A stretch of 61,940 bases of DNA, the filler included, from Basidiobolus ranarum (taxonomy: Eukaryota), in the NCBI GenBank assembly GCA_040143965.1. It is 12 parts of 12 records of this genome, joined end to end, with 100 filler letters (N's around TTAATTAATTAA, not from the genome) between each part and the next. Parts side by side here need not be neighbours in the genome. Positions count along the whole stretch, not along the records: positions 36,233 to 41,299 come from JASJQH010008602.1; positions 41,400 to 46,464 come from JASJQH010008603.1; positions 46,565 to 51,627 come from JASJQH010008604.1; 9 more parts are not named here. The stretch is one strand, 5' to 3'. The notes under the pieces are model-generated. The model was not told the DNA's origin, made no database searches, and saw nothing but the letters and a program-made list of their open reading frames with translations. Of this stretch, positions 36,233-49,951 are shown one piece after another. Position 1 is the first letter of the stretch, and each line of letters opens with the position of its first letter. A program made the position numbers and the translations under genes.

Positions 36233-39110
36233 AAGCAGCCATATCATCTGAAAAATTGGATGATGTACTATATACCAAATATAGACAAGAATCTACTCTC
36301 AGTAAGCCAAGCAACAACTCAAGGATGAAATTTGATGTTCAGTAAGGCTGGATGCACTATTACAATTCATCATAATACTAAGTTAGCTACGTGGGTCAAA
36401 ACTCAAAACTTATGTAAGCAAGATTCAACAAATTGCATTCTGAGCATAGAAACTTGGCCAAAACTGGTGAAATAAGCAGTCAAATGTGGCACAGAAGATT
36501 AGACAACATAGGGGTACACAAACTGACCCAAATAATCTGAAATCAGCTTCTTTCAGGCTTAGAAATTGAAAATAGCACTAAATTGGATCTATGTGAAGGT
36601 TGTATATATGGAAAACATACCAGAGAGCCATTTTCAGGCTCTGGAGAGATCAAATCCACTCAGAAATTTGCCCCAATTTATTCTGACATATGTAGGTTCA
36701 TAAAAGATGTCTCACTAGGTGGGAAATGGTACTTTATGATCTTTATTTATGACAAAAGAAGGTATACTTGTATTCCTTTTCAAATTCACATCTGAAGCCT
36801 TAGATATGTTCAAGCACTAAACAGCAGTGGTAGAGAAAGAATCAACACAAATAATAAGGGTACTAAGGAGTGAGAATGGTGCAAAATGCTGCTCTAATGA
36901 CTTTACCAGTTTTTGTTCTAATCATGGAACTGGACAACAAACTACTATACCTTGTACTCCACAGCAAAATGAAGTTGCAGAATATGCTAATAGGTCCATA
37001 GTGGAGATGGCAAGATCAATGTTATGTAATCAGAAGTTAGATTACCAATATTGGGCTGAATCTGTCTCCACTGCAGTCTATATCAAAAACTGATGCCCAA
37101 CAAGATTGCTACCTAATTTTACTCCATTTGAAGCCCTATATGGATCAAAATCCAGTGTGAATCAACTCAGGATCTTGGGTTACACAGCATATTGCCTAAT
37201 ACAGCTCAAAAACACTCTAATTTAGAACCCAAAAGCAGAAAATGCATATATCTTGGTTACTGTGATGGAACTAAGGCCTATATACTGTTTGATACCAAAA
37301 ATCAGAATTTAATAAAGTGCAGTGATGTGATTTGTGATAAAAAAGTAAAATTTTCACCTCAAATTACAGTTATGGATCCAGAAAACAAAAGCAGCACTAT
37401 TCAGGAAGTGGCTGATGATATTCCAGCTGTATCTGAGCACTATTCAACTGAAATTTCATTACCAATTATATTAAAGGATGATTCAGGACCTAGAAGTTCA
37501 TCCAAAAGGAGAAATAAGCCAGGAAACTGGTGGAACATTTCCAATGATCATGTATTTGCTCATGCAGCATTCTGTGACAGCCCACAGACACTAGATCAAG
37601 CTCTGGTGTTTCCAGAATCAAAATTATGGCAAAAAGCAATGTCTGATGCATTTTCCTCACTTCTTCACAACAAAACATAGGTTTCAAGTCCTCTACCATC
37701 AGGGAGATATCCAATAGGTAACAAATGGGTCTACAAAGTCAAGAACTAAGCTGATGGAACCATAGAAAGATACAAAGCAAGATTAGTTGCACAATGTTAT
37801 TCCCAGTCACCTGGAGTTGATTTTAATGAAACATTTGCTCCAGTAGCTAAGTTTAGCTGCATGAGATCAATACTAGCACCCTCTGCCTTCCATCACCTTT
37901 ATTTACATCAAATGGATGTAAAAACAGCCTTTCCAAACAGAAATCTAGAAAAAAGGATCCATAAGGACCATCCAGAAGGATTTGTTGACCCATAACATCC
38001 TGCTATGGTCTGAAAATGCAAAATTGCTACATGGACTCAAGCAAGCACCCAGGGCATGGTACCACAATATGATGCCTGTAAGTAATACTGGAATTCCAAA
38101 AATACATTTTTTAAAGCAAAACAACTGGAAATAGGCTTCTGATCTTGGCATTATATCTGTATGACTTGATTATGTCAACAAATGCTCTGGAAGCCATTAA
38201 TTAGACAAAAGTACCTTCTCAAACCAGTTTCAGATAACCAATATGGGTGAATTAAGTTTTTCCCCAGAATTGCAGTAAATCCTGCCAAATCTGTCTAGAT
38301 ACATCCTTACCATCCTAAAGCACAATAACACAGAGAACAGTAACCCCATATCAAAACTGATGGATCACAATATGGAATTAATCAAATTTGATAGGATTTA
38401 GCCCAACACAATTTAAATCAAAACCAGAAGTGTCCTTATCATACCATGATGGGTAGTTTCATCTCTAAGATTGTTGGAACACCTCTCAAGACTGCTGTGG
38501 CAGTGGGAACTGTCAGCCAATATCTCAAAAGTTCAGGATCTGGGGGCAAAACTGCAAAAATACAAAATTTCATGTATTTGAGAGGAACTGTTGATCTAGT
38601 TCTGGAATACTCTGGTAGTCCTGAAGCACAGAATTTTGAAGGCTACAGTGATGTAGACTGGGCAAGATATACTGATGATGGAGGATCAATAATTGTGTGT
38701 GCTTCTCTCTGTGGTAATGGAGCCATAAGATGAAATAGCAGGATGTTACCAACAATAACACTTTCAGCTGCACAAACACAATATATGGCTGCCTCTGCTA
38801 CTACCCAAGAAGCTATGTAGTTAAGGAATTTATTCACAAGCTTAGGATATATGCAAAAATATGCTATTACAGTATTTGAAGGTAATCAAAGTTGCATTTC
38901 ATTAGCTAAGAACCCTATATTTCTTGCTAGAACAAAACAAATGTGAAGTAGGTTTCATTTTGTTAGAAAAGAGATAAAGAATGATATAATTTCACTTGTC
39001 TATTATACTACTGAAGTAATGATTTCTGACATCTTAGCCAAAACTTTAGCTAGAGCACAATTTCAATCAGTAAGGTATAAGCTAGGTCTAGGCAAAATAC
39101 AAAATAATTA
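36233..39110 (+). mobile_element. Decayed Ty1/copia pol (pre-integrase, integrase, RT, RNase H)
   Basis: WHRRL, CEGCIYGKH, IYSDIC, LRSENG, TPQQNEVAE, YWAE, KWVYKVK, YKARLVA, ETFAPVA, HQMDVKTAF, GYSDVDWA, NQSCISLAKNP; many stops. Confidence 0.95.
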
Positions 39111-39122
39111 GTTGTGTAGGAA

Positions 39123-39501
39123 TGTTTCAAGTAGGTAGATAGCAACTCAATACTTGGTAGTTAGTTTATTCATATTCTGATTATTTAGCACTCAATTCCA
39201 TCATTCAAAAATGTCTGTTTATTGCTCTAATTAAAAGAAATAGTATTTAGATCACCTCTACCAATTTTCACTATTTTTTTAGCATTTACCAAATTTCACT
39301 ATTTAATCAAAACTTTGAATAATCTTCCCTAATTTTACCCATGCTTTACACCTATGTTTGTTATGGTATGAACACATCCAATTGCTCTACTTAATAGTAA
39401 ACTATAAATAGAGCATATTGAATCCTTTAAAACTTAATCATCTAATTCTCAAATCCAAATCTTTTCTAAAAGACTTTCATATCCCTTGAACACTTTTGGC
39501 A
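39123..39501 (+). mobile_element. Copia 3' LTR, family 1
   Basis: Follows RNase H and a degenerate PPT; reverse complement of the 33354 and 40471 copies. Confidence 0.85.
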
Positions 39502-39519
39502 GATTTAATTTCTGGCATG

Positions 39520-40455
39520 TTAATACCTTCCAAAGTGGATAGTGGATTGAATTGCTAGACTGTTGACCAATAAAGTACTTGGTTCTTGCTAGTTTTTGTC
39601 CTTTTTACCAGCAGGCTTTTGCCTGCAAGCCAATTTTAATTTGGATTTTGAACACTTTTTGAATGCCATTGAAATATACAGATGGAAGCTTGCTCTGACA
39701 AAACTGCTTAGAAACAGCTTATAATAAACAAAATTGCCATCCATTACCTGAAATTTCTTTAAATCCCATAATGACTCATCAGTGACACAATCTCAGATTT
39801 AGCTGATGATATTAATGAGATATTCCTAGAATACAACCTTTATGTTTAGGTGTTCTTTTTCCACAATAACCTTTTCATGCCACTACAACAAGTTTTAAAG
39901 AGTTGCTGTTATTATTGGCACACCATCTTGTACTCTGAAAGCAGCAGAGGCATAGAAAAAATTATCACAAGCACAGTCACTGTACAAAGCCACCAGCTGC
40001 ACAAAGCCTGGTCAATATCAGTAGTAGAAGGTGCACAATAGCAATTTTAGTTTTGCCTACTGAGTCCACTGGCTGTGCTTTAGCACAAAGAGTTGGTAAC
40101 ACTGCTTAGAGTCAAGATACTATGGAGTTGCCACAGTTTTGTGACCAGAATGATGTAAGTAGAAATGAATCATTGGTGAACCACTAAGTCCAGATAACTT
40201 TGACAACATGCAGCTAGTTGTTGAGTTGGTTATTGGCAAGCATTAGTCCACTTGTAACACTTACAGTAAGGAAGCAGCTTTGATTATCGAGGAGTGTAGA
40301 GTTTAATCAAATCTTAGCAACCCTATGTTTTCTGGTTTTCTTGCACTTTTACCACAGCTGACAGGCAACTGTTGCTTACCACAGACCTGGTACAAGTGGT
40401 AAGCACATGTTAATTGTATGACATATATTCCTTCAGTGATTAAACAATCTTCATG
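39520..40455 (-). mobile_element. Family X repeat copy
   Basis: Collinear with 14500-15440 (e.g. CAGCTGCACAAAGCCTGG, ACAGACCTGGTACAAGTGG). Confidence 0.8.
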
Positions 40456-40470
40456 ACCAAATAATTGTTT

Positions 40471-41299
40471 TGATAAAAGTGTTTAGGGGATTTGGAAGTG
40501 TTTTGGACAAGATTTGGATTTGTGAATTAACACTTAAGTTTTATTAAATTGAATAGGTCCTATTTATAGTTTACTATGAAATAGGACTATTGGACATGCT
40601 TAGATCATTACAAACATGCCTGTTAAGCATGGGTGAAAGTTTGAGGTGATTTTGAGAAGTTTTGAGAAAATTGTGAAAATTGGTAAAAGTGATCTAATTG
40701 ATATTTCTATCAATTAGAGTAATAAACACACATTTTTGAATGACCAAATTGAGTGCTAAATTATCAGAATATGAATAAACTAACTCCTAAATATTGCGTT
40801 GCTATTTACTTAATTTCAATATTCCCACTCAACTAATTATTTTGTATTTCTCTTAAACCTAACTTATATCTTAATAATTCAAATTGTGCTTTAACTAAAG
40901 GTTTAGTTAACATATCAGCTATCATTTTTCAGTAGGGCAATAGACAAGTTCAATTATATCATTCTCTATTGCTTCTCTAACAAAATGATGCCTAATATCT
41001 ATATTTCTTGTTCTAGCATGAAATGTAGGATTTTTAGCTAATGAAATACAACTTTGATTATCTTCAAATACAATAATAGCATGTTTTTGCATGTATCCTA
41101 AGTCTGTAAATAACTTCCCTAACCACATAGCTTCTTGTGTAATAGCAGAGGCAGCCATAAACTCAACTTCTGTAGTGGAAAGTTCTATGGTTGGTTGCTT
41201 CTTACTATTCCAAGTTATGGCTTCATTACCATAGAGAAAAGTGTATCCAGTTGTTGATCTTCTATCATCAAGGTTTCTTCCCCAGTCTGCATCACTGTA
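40471..41299 (-). mobile_element. Copia 3' end: RNase H, PPT (GAGTGGGAA) and LTR 40471-40821
   Basis: YSDADW, RRSTTGY, SKKQPT, EDNQSCISLAKNPTFHARTRNIDIRHHFVRE, ADMLTKPL. Confidence 0.93.
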
Positions 41300-41399
41300 N
41301 NNNNNNNNNNNNNNNNNNNNNNNNNNNNNNNNNNNNNNNNNNNTTAATTAATTAANNNNNNNNNNNNNNNNNNNNNNNNNNNNNNNNNNNNNNNNNNNN

Positions 41400-44300
41400 G
41401 CAATGAAGCACAGTCTGGAGGAAAGATTCAACATTCCATGGAGCAATACTCTGTACAAGATCCCTCTATGCAAGGGTCTTATGGCGGTGTGTCAGAATAT
41501 TATCAAGGTGGGCAGGAATACGAATCAAACCAGATGTACTATGACCAGCAAAGTCAACATCAATATAATTTGAATCAAGACACTCAAAGTCGGGATGCTG
41601 GGGCCATTCCACCTATCACCAATTATGATGCTGGCCAACATTCAGTGAGTTATTACAATCCTAATATGGGACAGGGCGACTCCAGAACCGGCTCTTATTA
41701 TGGTACTGAAGGTGTTACTAGAACTGATGATCCCCTTGGTAGAACTAAAGGATCTCCGATTGTTACATTTGGTTTTGGTGGCAAGATGATACTTATGTTC
41801 CCTCAAGTGGTTACAAGATTCTCGACGTCGTCATCTACTCCAGTTACCAAAGTGTACCCTGGAGAGCTAAAATTCCATAATTTGGGTAATACTATTGGCG
41901 AGAAAAAGGCCAACTCTTTCCCTGGACCTTTGCTTTTCGATAGCGAGAAAAGTTCAGTTAAAGCAAGAAAGAAGGCTGTTACCGAGTTTTTAGATGGAAG
42001 AATCGCGGAATTAAGCGCAAACTCATCGGTAAATGCTCCAACAGATAATGACGGGCAAAACGAAGTTATTCTATGGAAATTACTGAAGGTATTATGTGAT
42101 CACGACGGTTTATTATTGGGAAGGTAATGTTGATTTAGTGGATTAGCGGTAAATTCCTTTAAAATTTAGAATACTGACGATGTTATACTCACTAATTTAG
42201 TCCCGAAGTCGAGAAGGAAACCCTCGAAGTAGTATTCCCAGCATCTATGCATAAGCGAAATGAGGGTAGCGCGGGTATTAGCAGTAATGCACCACAACAC
42301 AAATCAGCATCACCTGGAGCATTGGACTCTCTCCAAGAGCTACTATTGAAGGGTGACCGTTCTGTTGCTACTAAATTCGCTATGGACAATCGTCTCTGGG
42401 CTCATGCACTTATTATTGGTAGTTGTGTGGGTAAAGAGACTTGGCAACAAGTTGTTCAGAAGTTCACTCAGGAGGAGCTTACCTCATCAAATGATTCCAA
42501 TCGAGAATCTATGACGGTTATGTATAACCTGTTTGCTGGTCTAGGAAAGGATGCCATCAAAGACTTTGTTCCTGAATCTATTAATGCTACCCAACCTAGT
42601 ATGTTCGTTCCAGCAGTGCTTCCCGAACCTCTAACTCCTAAAGCCACAAGTCAGTTATCACAAAACTCGGTATCTATCGAAAAGTTAACGAAATGGCGTG
42701 AAACCATCGCAATGATCCTTGCTAACAGAACTCCTGGGGATACTTTGGCTTTAACCAGCTTTGGTGATTTGCTGCGAAGCCAAGGATGGATATACGCAGC
42801 TCACATTTGCTATTTGCTCTCACCTCAATCATCTGTTCACTCAGGATTGGATACTCCATCAGTAAAAACTGTGCTATTTGGTGTAGACCATAGTAAGTAT
42901 CATGCTTGCTTTGCCCGTGACCTGAATGCGCTCGATCGTACTGAGATATACGAGCATGCTATTTCGCTACGGAGCTCAAGCCCCATCAATGGGCTTCCAT
43001 TTCTTCAACCTTACAAACTTCAACGTGCGTGGTATCTTGCTGATTGTGGCTACACAAGCGAAGCTCTCAGATATTGCGAGTCTATTGCCAATATTGTAAA
43101 AGTGCATCCAAAGGGTTCTCCGTATTTCCATGAACTGTTTTTGGAAAAACTTAAGGAACTTCATGAGAGACTTACCAAGTCACTAGGCGATAAGGCTACT
43201 TCATCGAATGTTTCAACACTTTCTTGGCTCACTGCTATGAAGAAACCTACCCTTGGTAGTTTAATGGATGCTGTGGATAGAGGTCTGAATCGATTCATTG
43301 TTGGAGATAGTGATGCCCCTAAACCCAAACCAGAAGTTACTCGGGAAATCACTGCAGACCCCTTCTCAACATATAATCCACGTGTTTCAGTGCTACAGGC
43401 ACCAAATGTGGATGTTCCCGTACGAAGTGCTTCTGTTAATGATATAACATCGAGATATGAACACCAACGTCAATTCAATCACTTCGGTGATACTACTCAT
43501 GCACATGGTAGACGGTCTGCTTCACCTAGTAGCCCATCCTCCGCGATCAACCAATATGAGGGAATCCCTATGGCTGTAGGACGCTCATACACTACTCCGT
43601 TCATTCCCACCAATGTCAGAGGAGAAGCGGAATCAAAGATTACCGAGGGCTACGAGTCTCCTTATGATCCACCAAAATCCTCTAATGGACTGGTGAACGA
43701 GCAGCACACTGATCAATCTCAAGCTCAAAGTGTAAATACATGGGAAAATACAGGCTACGGTTATGGTTATGGATACGAGCAAAACAATGAGTACAATGCT
43801 CAAAGTCAACCAAATGACTCTTCATATCCTGAACAAAGCAACTCCAATGCCTATCAGTATGGATGGTCTCAAAATCCCACGAGTGAACAGGACAATTCAT
43901 ATGGCTATCAAGCAACTTCTGCTAACGATGTAAATGATTACAGTAACAATCAAGAGGGCCAGTTTGTTTCTCTCATGTCCAATTCGGCTCCACTTGTTCC
44001 CACCTTTGGTTCTACCGATACTAAGCCTTATACCAACCAGTACGCCTCATCGACCCAGCCTATTAATGATGTAGATGACGATGACCTTGGGTTCGGTAAT
44101 ACCTCTCTCGGTGGCAGAAAGCAGCCTGATACTACCAAATCTAATGATGACTCGCATGAGGGGCAAAAGGAAGAAGAGACATCGAAACCAGAAACAACAG
44201 AGAAATCAGAGAATAAAGAACAGCCAGAAAATAGAAGTAGCTGGAGCCTTTTTTCATTCCTCGGACGTAAAAAAGAAAGCGGCAAACCAGCACCAGCTAA

Positions 44301-44625
44301 AGCGCATTTACCCTCAGGAAATAACTTTTATTTCGACGAGGCACAAAATAGATGGGTTAATAAAGCAGCGTCAGCAGAAGAGAGCAAGCCCGCAGCTTTA
44401 CCTCCTCCACCACCATCGGGTCTTAATAGAACCCAATCTGCATCACCCACCGTCGGAGCATTCTCTGGTGGCCCACCAAGTGCACGCTCAAGTCCAGGCC
44501 CTAGTATGTTGGCTCCTCCAGGGCCAGGAATCGGGATGCCAAGAAGTCACTCTAGCGCTAGTGGTACCGCTCCAACTCGTCGTGGTGTGAGGAATCGCTA
44601 TGTAGATGTTATGAATCCCAACTAA
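41400..44625 (+). CDS. SEC16: COPII coat assembly protein Sec16, 5' truncated (intron 42124-42200)
   Basis: PIVTFGFGGK, FPGPL, LWKLL, LLKGDR..A..FAMDNRLWAHALII, WRETIAMILAN, AAHICYLL, TEIYE, C-terminal AHL..GNNFYFDEAQNRWVNK and RYVDV; 77-nt intron joins the two ORFs in frame. Confidence 0.95.
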
Positions 44626-45589
44626 TATATATTTTCTATCGAACCTTTTCCAAGCTAATTACATTTTCCCAATGGACCACTACATTTCATGAAACTCAAT
44701 CAATCTGTACGTGCGTTTGATGATTTGAGGTCGCATAAGTAGGGAAAAGATGTCGTCTCTTTTGACCAACTCGGGGCCACCTTTCTTTTACTTCTCTTTA
44801 CATTTGATTTCTTTTTGTTTCTACAATTACCACTTGATTGTATACAAACACTCATTTATTCCCATCTGGATACTTGACAGGGGTTTTTTTCCTACTTGTT
44901 ACAATACTTCTTTTATTATTCATACTCTTCTAGTTAGTTTAGCTTGTTAACATATTCCCTTTTTCGTGACAACCTAGTTTTTGTAACCAAGAGCAATAAA
45001 GGCATATAGTATTGAATGGAATATGCATATCAAAATTTAGGGAATTCAACTTCGATGGATATTATAAATATTATTATTATATTATTCGAATGGACATCAT
45101 ACTATTAGCAATTAAGAACCCAATCTATCAACCTGTACACACATCAATATATTCGTGTTTTTACTTTCATGTGAACATCTCTAAGTTAGGAAAGCAAATG
45201 CTTTACGTAGCCAAACTGGTGAAGACTAATATCATGTATAGATCAGATGAACCCTAATATATTAAGACGGTATGGAATAAGAATATCCGTTGGTCACATG
45301 GGCATAGATGTCAATGAATAGAGTACGTGAATGTGGAGGTGGGTGTGGGTGTGAGTGTAAGTGTGTGTATGTGGGTGGGTGTTGTGTGTAAGATAGCGGG
45401 AAAGAGTATCAAGAGAATTTGTATGTATACAAGCACTAATATATATAAAGGAAAAAGACAAAAACTTTGGAGAGGATTATTGTGGTGCATGAGGCAACAA
45501 AGATAGGCAACAGAACAAACTATAGATCAAGTATCTTTCATCAACAGACTAGTCGAATTTGGTGTGTGACTTGACAAATGCACAAACTC

Positions 45590-46464
45590 TCACTCAGCTG
45601 TAGTACCTTCATTGAAAAAAGAAGTATCGAATAAATCGGACATGCTTCCAGCTCCCTCGTTTCCAGAATGATTACCACCTTGACCGGATGGAGGTTGACT
45701 ATTCCCACTTGGTCCACTTAAGGAGCCCAAATCATCAGGGTTGTTTAAGAACATTTCAAAATCAATATCGCCCATCATACTTGAATCAAAGTCCGTCCCA
45801 AGAAAGCTATCATCTCCGAGGAATTCCTTGATAATACGTAGAGTACGTTAATCTTTGTCCCGATATCGAGAAATACTCTAGTTGAAAATACCTGATCCAT
45901 TTCATCTGCATCCCCTTTGTTCGCATCTGTAGCATTGTGGCTAGGTGCTTTTTCCTGAGGTTTACCATTTGCTCCTGGTGGATGATTATTTTTACTTTGT
46001 TGTGCCCCCAAGTTATGGTTTGTTGATTGAGCACGATTTTGAGGCGACACTGAGGGCTGTGGTGTAGATCCAGGTGGAGGAGCTGAAGTAGGTCCTTGTG
46101 AATTTGGATTCAAATTATTCGAACCTGCTGGGGATCGCATGTTTTGAAATCCATCTTGACCATTTAACGCAGCATTATTGTTGTTAGGAGCATTCATTTG
46201 ATGCATTCGGTTCATATTTAGATTCCCCGGTTTTCCTGCGTTTAAATTGGCTCCGTTCTATAATGGTAAGGATTGAATTAGCTGAGATTTAAAGGAAGAT
46301 TAAATCATATCATTAACTTACAGGTTCTTCGTTATTCATCCCTGGAACTTGGTTCATTCTCTGGTTTCTCATCAAGTTACTTTGATTTTGCTGAGCCTGA
46401 GCCTGAGCAAACTGTGCTGCTCTCATTTGTTGTAACTGTTGCTGTTGCTGCTGCTGTTGTTGTT
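45590..46464 (-). CDS. 3' part of a Gln/Asn-rich protein, likely a transcriptional regulator (exons 46464-46322, 46257-45892, 45826-45590)
   Basis: PolyQ at contig edge, two GT-AG introns (64 and 65 nt) keeping frame, acidic/Phe-rich tail DIDFEMFLN; identity (e.g. Flo8/Adn1-like) not established. Confidence 0.75.
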
Positions 46465-47570
46465 NNNNNNNNNNNNNNNNNNNNNNNNNNNNNNNNNNNN
46501 NNNNNNNNTTAATTAATTAANNNNNNNNNNNNNNNNNNNNNNNNNNNNNNNNNNNNNNNNNNNNGGGAGACTGGATTAAATGGGAAATAACTTGCCATGG
46601 TCACCAACCTTCAGTGACATTCATCCTAGCTAATAGAAAACAGCAGTTCCGTTTTTCCACATGTGGGTGTGTTCAAAATGAAACCCCTCGGGACTGGTTT
46701 AATATAAATGCATCAATGCAATACATAACCCATGGATAGCACTACCTCTCCCAGACATTACATTCCATACATGAGGTATATATAGCTCTTGTTTGACTAG
46801 TATATAGGTGTGGATAGGAAGAGACTTGGAACCATAGGAAGATATTATAGTTTACCCAGGAATACAAACATATAGATTTCCTCATTGAACCTAGTGGCTG
46901 AGATTCATCTTAATTCGCTATAGATTATAAGATCTATGGACGGTGCATCCGTGATTATTTGCGATTAGCATACCGCAATGGAGCTACCACAATTTGAAAT
47001 GATTTGACCCCTTAACCTTGAGGTTCTTGCCTGGATGAAAGAGCCCTGTTGTGATTCAATAAGCCCAGCACGGTGGCTTCTAATTTCATTTCCATCGGGT
47101 GTACTCTCGTATTGTTACTTATTATTTCAGATATTGAAGGCTGTAACTATATAGCCAATTTTACATTTCGTTGCTTTAACTCATTCTATTCTGGTCGAAT
47201 AAGTAGCGTTACTACAGCCAAGCCCTGTTTCAATTATCAGAGGTCAGTTGTGTGATATTTGCTGAATTCAGGCACTGTGTCATGCAGAGGACGAAGAACT
47301 CAACAGTACTCGATATTTTTAAATTACCAGGTAAATCTTAATTTAGGAGGAATATGATTAAAAGTCACCTCCCTCGACTATTCGAATTACTCGGTACTAC
47401 CGTGATCGGGGTGGAACGCTCCATTATTGAATCAGGAACTTGTATTTTTATTACAAATCCTTCTCAACACCTGATGATAACAGGTGATATATAAGAACAG
47501 TCGAGCTTCTCTCGCTCTCGATTCCACATCCGTAGCTTGTACCATCTCTTTTAATCGGATTTACTGAGAA

Positions 47571-47993
47571 ATGAATGTGCCTACCTCAACTCGAGCCTCA
47601 TATCGCAGAAATTCTTCACACATTACCTGTTTGGTGTGTGGTAAATCATTTAACCGTAAAGATAACTACATTCGTCACTTTCGCACTCATGTAGGGGATC
47701 TTCCTCATCCTTGTCCTTATGCCAGCTGTGACCAAGGCTTTACAAGGAGTGATCAGCTCGCTAGACATATGGCATCTAAGCATCTAGAGCTGTCTATCTC
47801 GCTACCAGAGAATGACTCCAGCTCTACAATCTCCTATGATTCCACTGAGATGACATATGATTACCCCAACGAATTTAAACGTTCTTATTCAAACATCACC
47901 TCTTCAGTAAATATTCAAAATCTTACCAACGTAACTCTTCCCAGTGCACCTCAGTATCTGTCGAGAATGGGGTTAACGTATTTACTGAACTAA
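47571..47993 (+). CDS. Small two-finger C2H2 transcription factor (140 aa)
   Basis: CLVCGKSFNRKDNYIRHFRTH...CPYASCDQGFTRSDQLARHMASKH; TATATAAG ~80 nt upstream. Confidence 0.9.
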   Translation: MNVPTSTRASYRRNSSHITCLVCGKSFNRKDNYIRHFRTHVGDLPHPCPYASCDQGFTRSDQLARHMASKHLELSISLPENDSSSTISYDSTEMTYDYPNEFKRSYSNITSSVNIQNLTNVTLPSAPQYLSRMGLTYLLN

Positions 47994-49951
47994 TATCAAA
48001 GTTTCAAATGGTCTGAAATGACTCTGTGTATAGTGGTCACCATTTCTGGCATACTATTTTGCATTGTCCAATGTATATATACACCTTATCTTCATCTTAA
48101 TAAATATACATATGAATGGTCCATTGAGATATCGCGGCTGACTAATATCCATGCCATAGGGATTCCAAAATAAGACCCGATCTAATGCTCTAACAACACC
48201 ATAAAGGGCTAGACCTATTCCGGTTGCAACTCGAATACGAAAATTGGCTTCTTTTGTACCAGTTATGCTATATCCCCTCTACACGATTAGATTATTCAAG
48301 ACTCTTGTATGGATTAGGTGTTTGAATAATCCCGAATTCCCGCTCACTGATCATCCCAAATATTAACTGGTTTCATTCCTACTTGCACCTACTATCCATT
48401 TAGCCCATCCAATGTGTGTACTAGACGAATTGAGAATGTGGTTTCTCCAGAAGCATTTAGATCGGGTTGAGTCAAGTCGGATAAAAGCGTATGTGGGCGG
48501 AAATTTCAATTGAATGTGCTACATCCGTGAAGTTTGGTCCCTGCTGACTATTCAACATACTGAAATTTCCATTCAGAATGGAGATGCATTCATATATAAT
48601 GCACTTGAGAGATATTCCTCAAATGAAGGAATCGTGCATCAATAGGGGAAAACGGATATCGGGATGGACTGAAATGGATTTGGTTATCACTGACCTTATA
48701 GGTGATAAGATTCCTTTCCTATTCAGTAAGTTTCAGGCTCTGATCAGGATCACGGCTCAAAGTATGCAATCTTTCCATTCAAGCTTTCAAACGAAGGTAG
48801 AAACAACAATTAATAAATAAAGTAGGACTCCAATACCTGCTCCAAACTGCGCAGGATCCGAGGTTCATCCAATCAGCGGTTAGGGCGGCTTGGAACTACA
48901 TTTGGGTAGCACATGATCCCAGCTGCACTCAATTTAGCATAGTACGTGTTTAGAATGATCTGAATTTTGCTCTGGGAACGAGATCTTAGGCATCAGTATT
49001 TGTTGTGTCCATGAGAATGCAACGCTAAAGCCCAACTTCAATCACGCAGTTTTACGCATATAACATGCCATGGAGTCAAAAGTGGCATGAATTGCTATTA
49101 ATCATGCTCTGATTTCACAAGAACCTCACTAAGCGAAATTCTCTACCAAAACACGATGGATTCAGAATCGACTCCAATGATATTTCCAATTTAAAAGAGT
49201 ATGAGAGTGTGAATTCTCAATATCTGTTCCTGAGGTAAGTGGTGCACACCTGCCATTTCCGGTGTAGATTTGGTTGCTGACATGAGCAAAACCAAGCCAA
49301 CCATTGAAAGTAGCATAAGATGCACGCCGCGCCAATCTTCGCCATTAGTCTTGGATAATATAGTAATACGCGTATCACTTGCTACTGAGTGGACGTTTCA
49401 TGGCAATCTGGTGAAGATAAAGAGGGTCAGGTGTTAAGATGTCTCAGTATCGCTATACCTACTTTTGGATTTAAGCCCTTGGATATTCATTTGTAACGGA
49501 ATTTTCACTATCCAATATATTATCACCTTGATTTTTATAGCGAATTGTGAGCCATTCTCTACTTGAAATTATCCCAGTTCCCAATTATCCAGGGTTTTTG
49601 AAAGGTCAATCACCAATCTCGATATGTACAGAAGCCAAGCTTTGTCTTAATAAACATCCGGACACTGCAGACCAATATAGAATGGCTACATATCATTTTA
49701 CCTCCTTAACAAGATGATCTTATCAATTTACACAACATACAAATAATGTGTTGAATACCGCCAAAACCATCACATTCTGTGTAATTTATCAGCAATTCGT
49801 AGTAGATATTATCGTGATGGAGTGTCATGATCGCGCTTTGAATGTTGGGTGAGGTGACACGGTCCACAAATTCGTTTGCGGTATATAATGTCCGGATCTG
49901 GTTCATAAAACCTTGAAGTTTAAACATTCACAAATAGTTATCCCTCTCGTG

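Noticed and set aside
45330-45390. GT-rich tract as a telomere-like repeat
   Set aside because: Irregular low-complexity sequence in the 3' region between convergent genes, with no fixed unit
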